Below are positions 24,741 through 37,333 of a stretch of DNA of 64,000 nt, piece by piece. The stretch is from Patellaria atrata CBS 101060. Taxonomy: Eukaryota. Positions within the stretch are counted from its first letter, which is position 1, and every line of letters starts with the position of its first letter. A program made the position numbers and the translations under genes. The notes under the pieces are model-generated. The model was not told the origin of the DNA, made no database searches, and saw only the letters and a program-made list of their open reading frames with translations. Location of the stretch: contig MU006092.1 in the NCBI GenBank assembly GCA_010093705.1, positions 1,382,350 through 1,446,349 on the forward strand. Direction: 5' to 3'.

Positions 24741-27060
24741 CTATTGCGCAACCATCATATCCCTCAACCCACTCGGAGCCTCCGGCTTCTTCCCCCTCCG
24801 CCCAAGTAGCGTCGCATTATCCAAACTGAGTTCAAACGCGCCCTTATTCTTGACCTGTCTCTTCGCCGCCGCGGCGACCGCAGGGGAATGCTGTCCATAA
24901 CCCCTCTCCTCCTTTCTCGGAGCCTGCTGCTGCCTCGCTTGCGCCGCCGCTGATAGTGACGTATTCCTCATCTTCTGTTCCAGGACATCCGTATTCTGGC
25001 TCTTGGGTAATTTGGCTGGGGGATCGACTCTGCTGGGATCAAACTTATCACTCTGTGCCGCATCCTCGTCCTCATCGTCGTACTCTTCATCCAGCGCGTT
25101 GAGGGAGTTCATCGCGTTGGCCCCGCGGTAACCTTGCTTGAAGTTCTTACGGCGCTTGCCTTCTTCTTCCTGACGGTGAACAGCGTATCCGACGTCAAAG
25201 ACCTCACGGAGGTTGACGGCGCCAGGAGAGCGGAAGTCCATGCGGCGGGAACCTGGGGACTCGAGGTAGCTGAAGTCGGGTTGGAGGCGGTCGCCTTTAG
25301 CACTTGTGGGTTCCTTCTGACGGTTGAGGGGGGTGGCGAGAGGTGGGGCATCAGTGGCCGCGGTTGTTTCTTCGGAGGACTTGCGAATCCAGGGGTGATT
25401 GAGGAATTGTTTGATATCGTATCGTTGGTCGGGATCGACTGTTAGAAGGTGCGAGACCAGATCCTGGGCAGATTTGGAAATGTCGTCCCACCATGGTGAG
25501 AGGAATGTGTATTGTCCACGTGCAACCTTTTCGGTTAAGGTCTGGATGCTTTCATCATAGAATGGAGGGAAACCACAGAGGAGTGTGTAAAGAACGCATC
25601 CTAGGGCCCACATGTCGACACTCTTCGAATATCGCTCATCCTTGACAATTTCTGGTGCAGTATAACCCACAGTACCACAAGGTGTCATGGTCTGGCTATC
25701 CCAAATAACCTTTGATAAGCCGAAATCAGCAATCTTAATAACTCCGATGCCACCAGCTCCAGTGCCAGGGATGAATTCACCCTCATCGGCTTTATCTTCA
25801 TCTTCGGGGCCCTTCGGCTGCGGGTTCTTCGTCGGGACGAACGGAATTGGGTAAAATAGTAAGTTCTCCGGTTTGATGTCACTGTAGTATGACGTCAGCG
25901 CTCATGGAAACCCCTAAACTGATAGATGACGCCACGATAGTCTAACGAAGCACTAGGGATGGAATATATAACATACCGATGGACGACGCCTGCTTCCTCA
26001 TGCAAATACTCTAATGCCTTTGCTACTTGAACAATAACGTGCCGTGAAAGATCTTCGCTGAAATAGGTAAGACGAACGATTTGGTGGAAAAGCTCACCAC
26101 CAGGGCAAAGCTCAAGGATTATGTAGTAGTATTGACGCGATTCGGAGAAGTCGATGAGTTTGACGATATTGGGATGATCCAACTGTCGCATGATCTGAAC
26201 CTCTTTGAGGATATTTGCTCTCTGCAGAGAAATGACGTCAGCCTCTGTTATTTTTGGCAACTGAATATCGAAAAGACAGCAAAAGCTATCCCGCGGAGAA
26301 GATTGGATGCTTTAGGAATCGCCTACATCGACGTTCTTTGGCTTCTTGAAATCCGGATGGAGCACATTATCGCCCTAAACCACCCCCATGTTGGCCAAAG
26401 TTCTACGAAAACCCCAAATAAAAGGGCCATATAAGCGGGTAGGGAGGACGAAGAGTAACAAAAGAATCGGGTAGTGAAGGTTTCGGAGGATTGAGGGAAA
26501 TTACTAACCTGACTTGAGTTCATTTCAAACTTTCTCACCACTTTGATCGCTACTTCTGGATATTGACCATGTGTATCTTTCGCCCGATACACATTGCTGA
26601 AAGCACCATCACCCATCTTCTCTACTAAATCCCATCTCTCGAGACCGGGATATCTAGGTAACTTTCCCTTTGCCTCACGCTCCTCTGCTACGATACGTTC
26701 GAGAACTTCCGGGTCGACATGGCCTTTCTTTTCTTTCGCCGCTTGCACTTTATGGCGATCATCAATAGCTCTCGCTGCAGCATCTCCTGCTCTTGCAGCT
26801 ACATTCCGGTTGTCGACTGCAGCGGCTGAGTAATCACCATGGATTGCAGCTGCACCTTGTAAAGGTTTATGATCGTAGACATTCGGTTCACTTATGGCCG
26901 GGGCAAAGTGATGCTGCTGATATTGCTGGTGGTCGTTATATTTCTGAGGTTGAGCGTGAACGTTTGATACATTGGTCGTGGCGTCTGCGTGAGGAGAGTT
27001 GGCTGCGCGGGCCTGCTTCCCGTGACGCAGGAAGTTCTTGAAATTCTGTATGGTACTCAT
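24741..27060 (-). CDS. srk1: MAPK-activated CAMK-family Ser/Thr kinase Srk1/Rck2; exons 27060-26509, 26374-26327, 26221-25977, 25881-24741
   Basis: GDGAFSNV, VAIKVV, HR|DIKPEN, ADFGLSK, TPCGTVGYTAPE, the Srk1-type N-terminus (MSTIQNFKNFLRHGKQAR) and C-terminal FELSLDNATLLGRR. Splice sites are canonical. Confidence 0.93.
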
Positions 27061-27831
27061 GCTTTAGTACCTTCTTGTGGTAAAATTCCGAGCAAAGGGA
27101 AGAGAAGCAACAGAGCTGGTCTGCTGTTGGTATGTAACAAAGGTAGGATACGGAGTTCAAAAGGCGGATGGTGGGATGTAGTTGCGAGATGTCAGATGAT
27201 TTTGGAGAAAGGTGGTGATGCAGGCGGAAATGAGTCAGGTATGGATGAGTGAAGAAAGGTTGAGAAGGAGCAATGAGAAGTGCAGGTGAGCTGTAAGAGG
27301 GATCTCTATAATTGAGCAAGAAAGGATTATGAGATGTAGATCTGAACGATGACGGAAGTGCCCATGGGCCGCTCTGCAGGTTCCGACTTGTGTTCAATTT
27401 TAGGCGAGATATGACGAAGCCGCGCCCGTCCCAAGGGTCACTTGCTGCCCTTTGAGGACCGCAACTTTTGCCCCATTGCCCCCCAAAGAGCCCACCGAGC
27501 CCCTCCAAAAGAGCGTCAGAGGGCACCTGAACCACCCAAAATTCGGTTGCCTTGACTCTCTCTCCTTTGGAGGTACTGTGAGGTACAGGAATGCGATGCG
27601 TCATATTAAACCTTGAAAATCCATCACACAGCCGCCGCAACCAGTCTTGGACATATTCTATCTGAACATCATAGGCCAAACAAAAATCTCCAACGGACAG
27701 GTTTTGTAACCAAGACGTTTGTATTGCTCTTGATTGTGGAACATAAATAATCTTATGGAATGAACGCACCTCTATCATGTGTATATTGCCCATTTTTTGA
27801 CTCCAAATCTTCCAAACAGGCCTTGTATTGA

Positions 27832-27851
27832 TCTCTCTCTTTCTCACTCAC

Positions 27852-27887
<36 letters not shown>

Positions 27888-27893
27888 TCTCTC

Positions 27894-27932
<39 letters not shown>
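27832..27932 (+). repeat. (CT)n microsatellite upstream of srk1
   Basis: About 100-bp imperfect CT dinucleotide run. Confidence 0.95.
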
Positions 27933-27935
<3 letters not shown>

Positions 27936-30446
27936 CTTCAATGTTCCCGATATTATTGTGTGTTTAACTTGCAATAATGCTCCACTTATTCGCCCAGTTT
28001 ATCTTCGCGCGGCACGAATGTTGATCTCGTCCTAAGACGTGACGTCCGATGGAGGGAGGCAGGGAGCGGGGAGCAAGGTATTTCGGGAGAGTGTATGCAA
28101 GATTTCGTCGCTTGATGAGCACGCAGTATCCGATTAGATCCCGTAACGAGGGATAATAATAGGAGGGTCAGGGCATGCAGTAAGACTAATTTAAAAAAAA
28201 TAATTTGGAAAGTGAGATAAATAGTCGTGAAAGCCCCGTGGGAGGTGTTTGGAGGAAGAAGAATCTCCTCTTCCAAGCGACCGTTGAGCTGATCTTTTAG
28301 CAGCCCCACGATAACCTATTTACGATAACCTATTTTCTTGTTGTATCCTGCAGTACCAGCACGGCTTTGTGCAGATGGCTTTTCAACTTTCAAGTTTCAG
28401 ACGATGTTGCTAGCCTTCTTATTACTGGTCTTTCTTCAGGTACTTCAGTTCATGTAGAGCGCTGAGTCAACAGGCCAGCGCTTCCCAGCAATAGAGAAGC
28501 TGATATTGCCGGTTTACAAAAGGATTGCATATACCTGTTGCTGTTCAGAGGTATAAACATATTCCTGATGTGCAACCAAACAGTCTTTAACAGTTTTACT
28601 TGATATGTATTGTGAAGGATATCACCTGGACCTACGGAACACGGCTTCGACTTATTCAAGTATAGGTAGATCTCAGCATCATAACAAGGGAAAATATCTA
28701 TACGGTAGTATCAAGAGTATCTCAAAATCGGATTTGTAACACACGCAGGGCTCTTTAGTGTGACTTTCTCGTGCTCCCCCCCTGCATTCAAGCCCATGAG
28801 TCCATGACATCAAATGCCATGTGAGATCTTCATCCTCCCTTACCAAGCAACACATCAACATCGTCATCTCCCCCCTTCTTTATTGGATTCCATCCGTTCG
28901 GCTATATCTTCTCTTCCCCACTTGTCCAGATACCTTTATCGATTGGAAATCCTGAAACGGGACTAATCTTTGATCAGCGCAGGACGTCACGAACTTCCAT
29001 GTCGTGACCGGATTCGGGGTGAGGTTCAATATAATTATTTTTTTTTAGCATTTTCTCTGTTGCTAGTAAGACCGCCGCCTTGGATTTGCTGATCCCCCAT
29101 TCCTATCCTTACGAGTATGATCTGGTTTGATTGTTCCTCGACTTTCTTCGAACATGATGAGCCCCTTCTTGTGCATGTATATTTGGATATAGAATAGTTG
29201 CAGATACGAGCGTTGTACTGTACACGATGGAGTACGATACCATAGTTGTCATCCCCTCAATTATCATCTTAATGGACACTTTCCAATGTTTATCCTAACG
29301 ATCAATTATTTCCGGACATATATCAGCAAACACTTATTTCATTACTTGGAAACATAAAGATACTATTACGGAGTTGAAAAAAAAGCTAATCTTTCTCTCA
29401 ACGTCATATCAGATATCCAATACATTCCCCTTTCCACTACATGGTCCTCTCAAACAGTATTAGAGGTATCATGCCATCATATAACTCCAACTATAACATC
29501 TTCATTCCATTCCCACTCAAATAAAATATATCACCTCCCCTCTTAGTGAGCTCTGATCCTCGATTGATGCGCATGGCCTTACTCCAATCCATCCCCATTT
29601 CCCTTTTCAAAGACCCCAGGTCAAATCCCGCCCATACCTAATATCTCACCGAGAGTTTCACAAAACCGAAAGATGGTTCACCTGACTCCCCTCCTTAGTG
29701 AGTGGAGGGTGTCCGGGGGTGTGGCGAAGGATTCCATTTCTCATATATTCTACTTCTGATCTCCACTTTCAATCCTAAATCCCCAACCCCCCATCTTACA
29801 TCCGCACCCACACCTTGCACCCCCGCAACCACACCCCAACACACGAGCAGCAATCCGAACCCCCTCCCAAACTTACTCTTGCTTACGTAGCGAATTCGAC
29901 TCTCTTGAACATCCCCACAGTTCAGCTCACGTCTCCGTATCCCAATTTGTCTCAGCATTACCTCGATTTCCCGTGTTTGTGGTAAAAGCGGGTCTGTCAG
30001 GACGCGGGGAACGAGTTGAAACCCTCAAACCTCCTGACCCCGGATGCCGACCAGGTTACACAGAAACGCCGATATGAGCCCCGCGCCATCCCTATCCTAC
30101 TGCTCAAAATACGACGTGCACGAGTCTGGTCCAGAGAGGTTCTAGTGAGGGGAGAGGAGCGGGCACGGTGTGTGGTCTGCTTGGGGAGCTGAGAGATCAG
30201 AAAGTGGGGGACTGGTAAGGGGAGTTGGGTAGGACAAAGACGTGAGGGTAATGCTTAATACTGATACTGACATTGACACTTGATATCTATGTCCGCTATC
30301 TACCTTGCTAGGATATCATACAATAACCGAGAATGAGCTACCTAATTTTCATCTTCCCCTTGAGAGATAGCATGGCTAGGACTATTAGACTCCTCTCCAC
30401 CCTAGTTTCCAATTCTTGGGTGCTTCTTTGATTGAAGCTCGGTTCC

Positions 30447-32426
30447 CTACGAGGCCACTGAGTTGCTTGTGTCCATTTCCTCGGGCTTCTCTGCGATCTC
30501 TTCCGGTCTAGGTTTCCGGCCGTAGGTGCAGTGTCTGTGGGACGGTTAGTGTATCCGCTTCCTTGGGTTGTATTTTATCATCGGACAATGAATGGTTCGT
30601 GGGATAGACGTAGATATAGAAAAAATGAGTGGACACTTACAACTTATGATAAGCGTGGTATCTCCTATCCCTCATGATGACTCTACTCTCCGCTACGAAG
30701 GCTTGTACCTGATCATACGTCCACTAGAAGAACTATGGTTAGTACTACGAAAGGAGAGAATTCTAAAAATATAGAAGGGGAAGAGAAGTATAGAAAGATA
30801 GAATCGAAAAAGAAAACCAAGGAAAAGGGGTAGATCGGAGTATTATACGGCGTTAATGTAAAGTGTTCCGTGCGTCAATGCATGCATCCCGAACCTAGAA
30901 AAGGATGTCAAGGATGCGGGTGTCACTTTTTTCCGTGCGCCGAGCTCAGTCTCGGTGAGCCATGCCTTTCTTCATGCATTTTCTGGTTCAAGGTGGTCAT
31001 AGCAGATGCTGTTCCGTGCGACTCCTTGAATCCCGCCAAGAGACTGTAACGAAAAATGAGATGAAGCAATACGAAGAAAGGACCTACCCCCAAGACACGC
31101 GTGAAGTACCCAAGGATCCACCCTTCAAGACTTCCTTCCCAGACCTTTTGCATCCACCTTCCCATCTCTTTTAACCTTGGATCACTACTCCACGGTCCAA
31201 TCGGCCAGTAGTAGACCTCCTGCCTAATGTCCACAAAGCCTGGTGCAGGAAGTCAGATTAATTCGGATCATTCGGGACAAATCCGAATAAGTTACCTGCA
31301 GATTCCATCTCCCTAATCATGCGTTCTCCTCTTGCAAAAGTTTTTCCGGCAGCCTCACCCGCCGAGGGAAGTAATTTGCTAAAGCGATTGTAGAAATTGT
31401 CTTCTGGGACGTTGGGATCCGTGGTTGGCGCAAGATTGACGATTGGATCGTACTCGAAGTCTTCTACATAACCATCTGGAGCAATGCATCTGTTGTCGAA
31501 ATTAGGGGCGAAATTTTCAAACCTAAAGAAACAAGTTTACCTATAAGCTTCCTTATAAAAGACGGACCAATCGTCTACAGCTCCGTTCAATCCTCGGACG
31601 TACACCAGATCAAAGTGATTTTCTGGATAGGTCCATTCGCTATTTGCATCATCAACCTCGAAGTTACAATTAGGAGGAATCGAGTTGTTCGGAACGGGGG
31701 AAAGATCAACACCTATAACTGAATAAGCTTTTGAACAGTGTGCTTGCCGTTCAAGTCTACTGTGGAACAAAACTTACCAGTCACTTCGCAATTTGGATAT
31801 CGATCAGCAAGGTCGCTATGAGAGTTAGTATTCGAGTATTACGGGGAGTCTCGCCAAGGTTTGGTAATCCCACATGGCCCAAAGTCCAGTTCCAGTGCCA
31901 ATATCTATAGCACGACTCGGCTCTATTGGAGAGCGAAACAGCTGATCACTTAAAGTGAGAAGATATAGATGATGGCTAGAGATATGATAAGCGTGAGTGA
32001 ATTGAATTGATAAAGAATATGACCATTGAGATAGATCTCTACCCACTTCATCTCCTCACTCTGCAAGTGCTGTTCATCGTTCGGTTGATAATATGAGCCA
32101 TCACCTATCGGAATTAGCACCCATCAAAATGGTGGTCAGCAACAGGAATTAAACTTACGGTAGGCGTGATATCTCCGCCCATGTTCATATCGATATTGCG
32201 TGATACGGGAAGCTAAAGACCCGCCTCTCTGGAGGTGTTAAAACATCCCGGAAACAGACGGAAGCAAACAGTCACCAACTCACGATGAAAACGTTCTATC
32301 ATCATCATCTTCTGGCTGGCTTGCATAGTGTTCTGCCTGAAGGAAATTGTGAGACAATTTGTCAGTGATAACATCTGGCGGTGTGCATACAACAGGTATC
32401 TTTGGATCAAAGCCTTTTGCGTCCAT
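30447..32426 (-). CDS. Multi-exon class I SAM-dependent methyltransferase (LaeA-like/TAM family)
   Basis: Exon translations: YRYEHGRRYHAY, YQPNDEQ, IDIGTGTGLWA, VIGVDLSP, NCNFEVDD, FDLVYVR, WPIGPWSSDPRLKEMG, WTYDQVQAFVAE, TYGRKP; stop at 30447-30449. The 5' exon junctions are not fully resolved. Confidence 0.85.
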
Positions 32427-33375
32427 GTTTGTTTGCGCAGAGGTGGATAGAGGACTATTGAGCGAAAGAGAGTGATGGAGGGAGAGGACTGTCTAGAGTG
32501 ACTATGGAAAAGGAAATGGGACTGTATGAATAGGTAGAGGGTGTTGAAAGAGCGACTTGACAAAGTGCGGAAACTGATGGCTTTCCGCAGGTTGAAGAGG
32601 TGGCCGCTGCGGGCGGTTCTGAGTTTAAGTAAATTTTGGCAGGGGGGCTGGTAGATGTGGAGATCGGGCCTAAGATGGTCATGGCATGTGAAGCGACATC
32701 AGGGTCAAGTTAGAAGTAGGATTTACAATGAAAGTTTAGTAGTAGTATAGGAGCCAGGAGGGTCTATAGGGAAGTCAGTGAAGGGATATCCAACTCTTCT
32801 CACGGAAGTATGAGGTTGACGTCGAGGTACCCGTGAACGCCATTCGGTTTTGTAAAGTTACCAGTCCTTCGGTACGTTAGAAATGGCCCGTGTGCTTCGG
32901 TGCTTTCCACCCGCCTCCACTCCCGTCAGCTACTCAGCTTCCATTTGGTGCATCTCGAACTTTGGGAAAATCCTTTCATAATCCTGCTGGGAAACAATTG
33001 CAGATGGAGATGCTGAATTCTGTGATTCTATCTATCTTCTTTGAGATACCTTATGCTCCAATAGTGCTGATTCAGCGCACGCCACATTATGCGCTCGTCC
33101 TGTGACGAACATTCCAAAATGCATCTAATAATAAAACTGTGAGTGGGATGAAAAGACTCGAGCTTTGGGTTCTTCCCAGAGCAGCGTGTTGGGATGCCGA
33201 AAGGACGTTACCACCGCGAATCATCACCTCGTAGACGGTCGTGCTCCCGTTATTCTTCACCACACATCCCCTTGCGAACTTTTGACCCCTGATGAGCCGT
33301 AACAGCTCAGTTTCTGGGCTGCATCTCGAAAGGAAAAAGATACAAGAGTGTATGTACAACACATCATTACTCGAC

Positions 33376-36300
33376 TTATTTGACGCCTTTATCATCTTCG
33401 GCTTGACCGACATTAGAGCTTTGCTTGCTTGTTCCCTGCTTACTAGTAGCTGGCCTATCCTGCGCGCGTTCCCGCTCACGATCGTCGTCCTCACTATGGC
33501 TTGCGCTCTCCTCGCTGTCGACTGATGCATCTTTGGATGTAGACTCTCTCCTCAATCGATCCGCAATGTCTTTCAGCGCTTTGGCTTCCTCAGCCGCTTT
33601 CTGTGCCTTCACTTGCTTCTTCCACATGCTATTGTACCTGCCTTTCTTGGCAAGTAGCTCGTCGTGTGTTCCCCGTTCTGCCACTTTCCCTTCGTGAAGA
33701 ACAAGAATCTGATCTGCTCTGACTATCGTGCTAAGACGATGTGCAATAACGAGCATTGTCCGCCCTTGTGAGAGCGTTGTCAATGCTTCTTGAATATGTT
33801 CTTCGGTTTCTGTATCTAGCGCTGCCGTGGCTTCATCCAGTAGAATGATGCGAGGATTCTTTAAGATCGTTCGGGCAATAGCTACGCGCTGTTTCTCTCC
33901 CCCACTAAGGCGAAGACCGCGTTCGCCAACCTTCGTATTATATCCATCGGGAAAGCTCAATATCTTCTCGTGAATGCTCGCGGCCCGGCATGCGCTGTAT
34001 ACGTCCTCGTCCTCGGCATTCGGGTTAGCATACTTAAGATTATACATTACACTTTCATTGAAGAGAACTGTATCCTGAGGTACTACTCCGATATGTCGGC
34101 GCAAGGAATCGATTGTGACGTCTTCCACATCGTGGCCGTCTACTTGAATATTTCCACCTGAAGCATTATAGAAGCGGAATAATAGACGGAATACCGTTGA
34201 CTTCCCCCCTCCTGATTCTCCAACAAGAGCCGTAGTACTCCCGGGAGCACATTCGAAGTCAAGGCCGTTTAGAGCTGGTTTTCTTGCATCGTAAGCAAAC
34301 TGAACATCATTGAAGCGTATATGACCTTCGCAGGATGGTAGAACAGAGGCTCCCGGGTTGTCCACTACAGTTGGCTGTTCTTTGAATAATTCTAGAAGGC
34401 GTTCGGAATTAATCATGGCAGACTGAATCATACGGTAGAACGTTCCGAAAAAATTGAGCGGCTGCTGTAATTGCGCCATGTAGGTTAGGAGAGTAACAAA
34501 CATGCCCACTTTCCGCTGATGAGTCGTGACCTGGAAAGCTGCAATAAAGCATGCAACCATTAAACCTAGTACGAAAATTGCGTTTTGAGTAACATTCATG
34601 AAACTCAACGAATATAGGACTTTGTATTCAGCTTGTTGGTACTTCTTTACGGCGTCGCGATATCGGTTAAATTCGTACGCTTCAGCATTGAAATACTTAA
34701 CTGTTTCGTAGGACACCATTGAATCGTTCCTATTATAATGTTAGCTTAGGTGCTAGATTAATTAGTATAGTAAAAACTCACTTGACAGCATCCTCCTCTC
34801 TATCGGCGTTTACCATTTGTCGTCTCATCTCAGCTCTCCACTGTGCCATTCGAATCGTTAAATAAACGTACCAAAAGGTCACAATCGCAATGACCAAGGC
34901 GTAATACGCATCGAACACGATCAGAAAATAAGCAACAGCAACGATGAGATCAATGAGCATAGGAACGACGGAAAATGTAACCTGTTCGAGAAAGGTATTG
35001 ATGGAGTTCCCTTTGCCAAGCGCTGAGAGGACCTCACCAGTTCTCTTCCCCAGATGAAATTCAAGACTGAGACTATGAACATGTTCAAATGCGGCCACTG
35101 ACAGCTCGCGATAGGAATATTGGCTGACGGGAATCCACATTACAGCACGAGTGGCGCCTAATAGACCATTGGTACCCTGCAAAAGCCGGTAGAGAATGTA
35201 TAAACATATTGAGGCCCAAGGCATGCGTATAGGTCCGTTCTCACCCGCGAGTTCATCTGTGATTTTGCCTACTTGAATAGGGACCAGAAGATTGATTCCT
35301 CTCTGGATTATGACAATGACAAAGCAAAGAACAACGGCTACCTGCAGCTTCCGGTCCTTGGCTGGCCACAGATAGGGAAAAAAGACGGAATATCCTCGTA
35401 GATATTCCCACCAACTTCGTGAAGGTACGGTTGTCGGACGTACCCAACCAGCTGGAGCACCTTCCGTATGTTGATGTTTCCCGCCAACAGGCGCCGAGCC
35501 ATAACCATAACCGTTCGCGTGACCGTTTTCGGAGGGGCCTCCAGCTAAAAGTCCAGTGGTTTCGCTTGGGCCTGCGTCCTCTCCGGTTTCCGTCTTACGG
35601 AATACTACGAATAAAATGTAGAAACCCACGAGGGTGGCTACGAGTAAAATCCGTATAAGGTCAATAGACACCTCTATAGCTTCCCACTCTGTCATATGTC
35701 TTCTGATAGGAACTTGTATATCTTTTCCCGCGTGGGGTTCCCGATGTACTCGTGTGTATACGGCTAGAGATGCTCCTAGCAGAACTACTTCCATTAGAAG
35801 TGCGAGAATCCATGATGACAAATGCGCCCAGGTGGGGGATGGTTGGCTATCGAATAGTGAGAGGACGACAAGTGAGAACACAAAGAAGGATCCCACGATG
35901 TATATCTGACCCGACTCTGCATTAGCATGTTACACGAGAAAAAGAAGCAAAGAAATATGACAGTGCCATGTACCACAACAGATTGTCCGCACCACCAGCT
36001 ATCCTTGCGACTATATATGGCATGAACTATGACATTGACCGTGTTCGCGAGGAACGTTATCGTTGTAATAATTGAGATCCATTCGAACATGAGCTTCTGA
36101 TGTCGAGGAATATCATCCTTGGACTCTTTCTTTTTCGTCCCTCTTGTCGGATCTAGGGATGGTAAAGGTTTCCCGCCAGGTCCTAGGATAGTACTCTTCG
36201 GTTTATTAGAATTACTATTAGATGCGGCTGTTATACCGTGTGCAGTGAAAACTGAAAGGAAAAAGAATAATAGCAGGATAGGATAAGCATAATGCAGAAC

Positions 36301-36414
36301 GAGTAGAATTCTCCCCGCCGTTCTATTCGAGGCCGAAGTTCCTTCAAGGGAAGGATATGATACCTCCATGGTGGCGGTCGCCTCGGTAGAAGGAGGGTCG
36401 AAGATTGAAGCCAT
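33376..36414 (-). CDS. hmt1: Heavy-metal-tolerance ABC half-transporter (Hmt1/ABCB6 family); introns 35973-35906 and 34781-34730
   Basis: Extra N-terminal membrane domain, ABC transmembrane domain (FHLGKRTGEVLSAL), Walker A GESGGGKS, signature LSGGEKQRVAIAR, Walker B ILLDEAT. Confidence 0.92.
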
Positions 36415-37333
36415 TGTGAGACCAAAACGACTCAGGAAACTTTTGGAAGGAAATAGAGGAAAAGAAAAGGAGCCAGCGAGTGAAAGAAAAACGAAAGAAT
36501 CAAATAAAGGTGCAGGACGCCATTGGCATTCACGTTTGGTGAAGAGTGCAGGCCAGAAGTATCTATCATGCGCGTCTTTTCGCGGGCTAGTGGTGGCGTC
36601 CGAAGGGGTCTGCCGCTCTGGATGAGGGCAAAAGGCATGAAACGTTCAGTCTGAGCGGCTACTCTTCCCCAAAGTAGCGCGGTTATATACCGAACCCTCC
36701 CCGCCATCTTTCTGCTTATATCGGACGAATCGTTGCTACGAGTTGAGGCGCTATAGGACTTTTACGAGATGGCGGTTGACAACTTGACATAGCTTGCCTT
36801 GGATAATACATTTATGGGAATCCCTGAGCTTCATACCTTACTCTTAACTGGAAGTCTTAAATAGCTCTAGTCTCACCTCCAAGTCGTCTCCTCACCGCGC
36901 GACACGTTACAGCTGACCTTTCCATCTGTCATCTGAACTCGGGACCTATTACCTTATGTCAACATCTCATTCCAACAGCCATCTCGCGCTTTGAGTGAAC
37001 CTCAGGCAGCAAATGCAAGCGCGTGTGAACAACGATCGCGACGTACGAAGTTAACGAGTAGCCCTAAACCCTATCACTAGCATATCCATGTGCTTCTGGC
37101 TGTACGAGTAAAGCCGAATGCGCTCCGATGATAAAGTTGAGGTGAGGTTCTCGTCTAGGATCGCGCTCACCGCAACCAACATCTTGATGCTGCAATGCAA
37201 TGATTTTACCATTCCTCACTGCAAGGCTTACTGGATAATATCACACTCAGAATCCACACGACTCAAGTAATAGTTTAGGTCACCCAATGCAGGAACACGT
37301 TTCGACATCTCAATTGCCGTCCACACAGAAGTT

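Noticed and set aside
26936..27847. 303-aa ORF overlapping the srk1 5' region
   Set aside because: It is in a different frame from srk1, has non-protein-like composition and starts in the CT microsatellite; most likely promoter/5' UTR.
29560..30100. Small spliced gene on the minus strand
   Set aside because: A donor-like GTAAGC is present, but there is no convincing start, acceptor or homology.
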